From: a virus
IMG/VR virus record: IMGVR_UViG_3300029390_000003
Strand: one strand, 5' to 3'
Length of the DNA stretch: 64,000 nt
The translations under genes and the position numbers were made by a program. Shown in pieces: positions 62,199 to 64,000 of this stretch; positions within the stretch are counted from its first letter, which is position 1; the number at the start of each line of letters is the position of its first letter. A model generated the notes under the pieces. That model searched no databases and was not told the origin of the DNA. It was given only the letters and a program-made list of their open reading frames with translations.

Positions 62199-64000
62199 TC
62201 CTCATACATCATTTGTTTTAATGACCATAAAATAACGATGGTAGTCCCAACCGCCTTCGCTTTCTTCACCGATAACATATTCTGGAAAAGGAGAAACTTT
62301 TGCCCTAGAGAGCATTTTATATTTATCGGTGTCTACATTACATTCTCCGTAATATTGCTTCTCACATTTTTCATATGCTTTTTTCGCTGCCGCAATAGCG
62401 TCCACAAGAGTTTCAACAGTTCCGTGAATAAAGATCGCGTTTTCACAACAGGCTCTTTGGTTTGTTAAATCTTCTACAATCACATACATTTTACACACTC
62501 CCTACATTCTTGAATCCATAAAGGCTATAACCTTTATATTTGAAATACCGCATCGCTTTGTTAATCTGGGAAGAACTTGCTGTCGAATGGCTTTTTAGGT
62601 ATATATTCTTATATTCACACAGCTTTTTATACTCATCACTTTCACGATGGGCTTTTAACTTTTCGCAATGGTCGTGGCAACCAGGATAACGCTCCGGTGC
62701 TACACAATAACGGCAAGGATCAGTCATCGTTGCTCTCCTTTCTACCTGCGACGTCAAACATCTCTGTGATACGTGCTACCCAATCATCATTTTCTGATAC
62801 ATTGCAATCAAATTTGTCCTCGAATCGTTCTGCTAACTCGTCAGCAAAGTCCATAATCTCATCGTGAGAATAACCGTATTCTTCCTCAATCCAATCAGCA
62901 TTGCCATCAAGCTGATTCTCTGCATCTTCAATACGATACTGATGCTCTTTGTAACGGTACGCTGCTTCAATCTGTTCAGGTGTCATTTCCCAAGACTTAC
63001 CATTCCAGCTAGTAACAATAATCTTATTTTCGCTATTCATATTCCACACCCTCACTTGTTAGATTTGCACTGATATTTGCGTTCAATCATCTCTGCATCA
63101 GCGCAAGTCATACCGTAATACCAACGCACATCAACAACGGATTCAACCCAGTTTCCAGTCTTGCGGTTCTTTATGACACGAACCTCTTCAACATCTTTGT
63201 GAATCTGTGTGCCGGGCTTCGGGAGATAAGTCAAAACACTTTCTTCAGAATGTTCCAAATCGTAAGAGCCAACAAATGTGCAATCGCGTTTAATCAAATC
63301 AAAAATTTTCTTACGGTTCTGCTTAGACAGGTTTCTCATATTGCAAGCTCCTTTTCTTTTGTAAATTTAATCACCAACGCATTCACGTTAGCCGCTTCCA
63401 TCGTTGACTGCTTTGCATCTTCGTGATTGCCAGCTCTAAGGAATGAAACACTCTGATCCATCAGCTTGCGCCGATAAGAAGAAAGAGCTGCGAGAATAAT
63501 ATTCTTTTCAATGTTGGTCATGTTCTTTTTCCTCCTGCTCACGTTCCTTGTGAAATTTTCGCACTTCTTCCCAAAAATCAAACGGACTAGAATTGTGATA
63601 AACAAGCTCCATGTATTCTTTTCTACTGTTAAGATGGTTTATGTTAGTATCCATTTCTATCACCTCAATTTTCATCGCTCAGGTTCTGACAAAAACTTAA
63701 ATAAAAATCAATGTCGAAATCCTCCACAGTGCCATCAGGAGAAAAATCATAGAGCACATCTGCAACCGCTTCGTGTTTATAAAGAGCATCTACAATCTCG
63801 TCACGGAATGCCGTAACCCAGTTTTTTGTTACATTGAATTTTCTGGTGATCTCGTAAATATAGATGATCCAATTACCTTCTGTGGTGCTTCTTGTTCCAC
63901 TTTCGACCATCCAGTCAGAAATACTGTTAATCATCCAATCGGTAACTTGTTTTACAGTTTCGCTAGTATACATTTTCTATTACCTCAATCAAAACTGAAC

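Overview
This 64-kb window looks like the early and middle region of a large, AT-rich (about 40% GC) tailed phage or prophage. Every credible gene is on the minus strand, and no capsid, tail or terminase genes are present. Reading right to left (the direction of transcription), the window holds the following. (1) A run of small hypothetical early genes, many of them zinc-ribbon proteins, with a Bro-N/KilA-C antirepressor, a DnaD-like replication protein and a second tyrosine recombinase. (2) An RNA-repair-flavoured island next to a 7-tRNA array: a DSP-type Cys-phosphatase, a RlaP-like nucleotidyltransferase, a SleB-like wall hydrolase, a solitary MazF/PemK-like RNase, and a tri-domain Pnkp-like kinase/phosphatase/ligase. 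(3) A C5-cytosine methyltransferase whose conserved motifs are in circularly permuted order. (4) A DNA replication and recombination block: SSB-like, Sak4/AAA_24-like ATPase, a PAPS-reductase-like gene split by a (CT)10 repeat, DnaB-like helicase, Toprim primase, RecJ-like exonuclease, HAD and calcineurin-type phosphoesterases, DnaE, RecD-like helicase and ATP-dependent ligase. (5) Nucleotide metabolism genes (ThyX, NrdD, NrdG, dUTPase, FolD) interleaved with a membrane module (LemA, SPFH/band-7). (6) An excisionase-like gene and a tyrosine integrase at the left end, which suggests a temperate lifestyle. The most notable observations are as follows. The PAPS-reductase-like gene would fuse into one reading frame if the repeat contracted to (CT)9. 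The methyltransferase is permuted. A Pnkp-like healing-and-sealing enzyme sits beside MazF-like, RlaP-like and DSP-like genes and the tRNA array. An 18-bp motif recurs seven times directly upstream of ribosome-binding sites. Two frame breaks at A/T homopolymers (in dnaE and at the methyltransferase start) could be sequencing errors or could be programmed.
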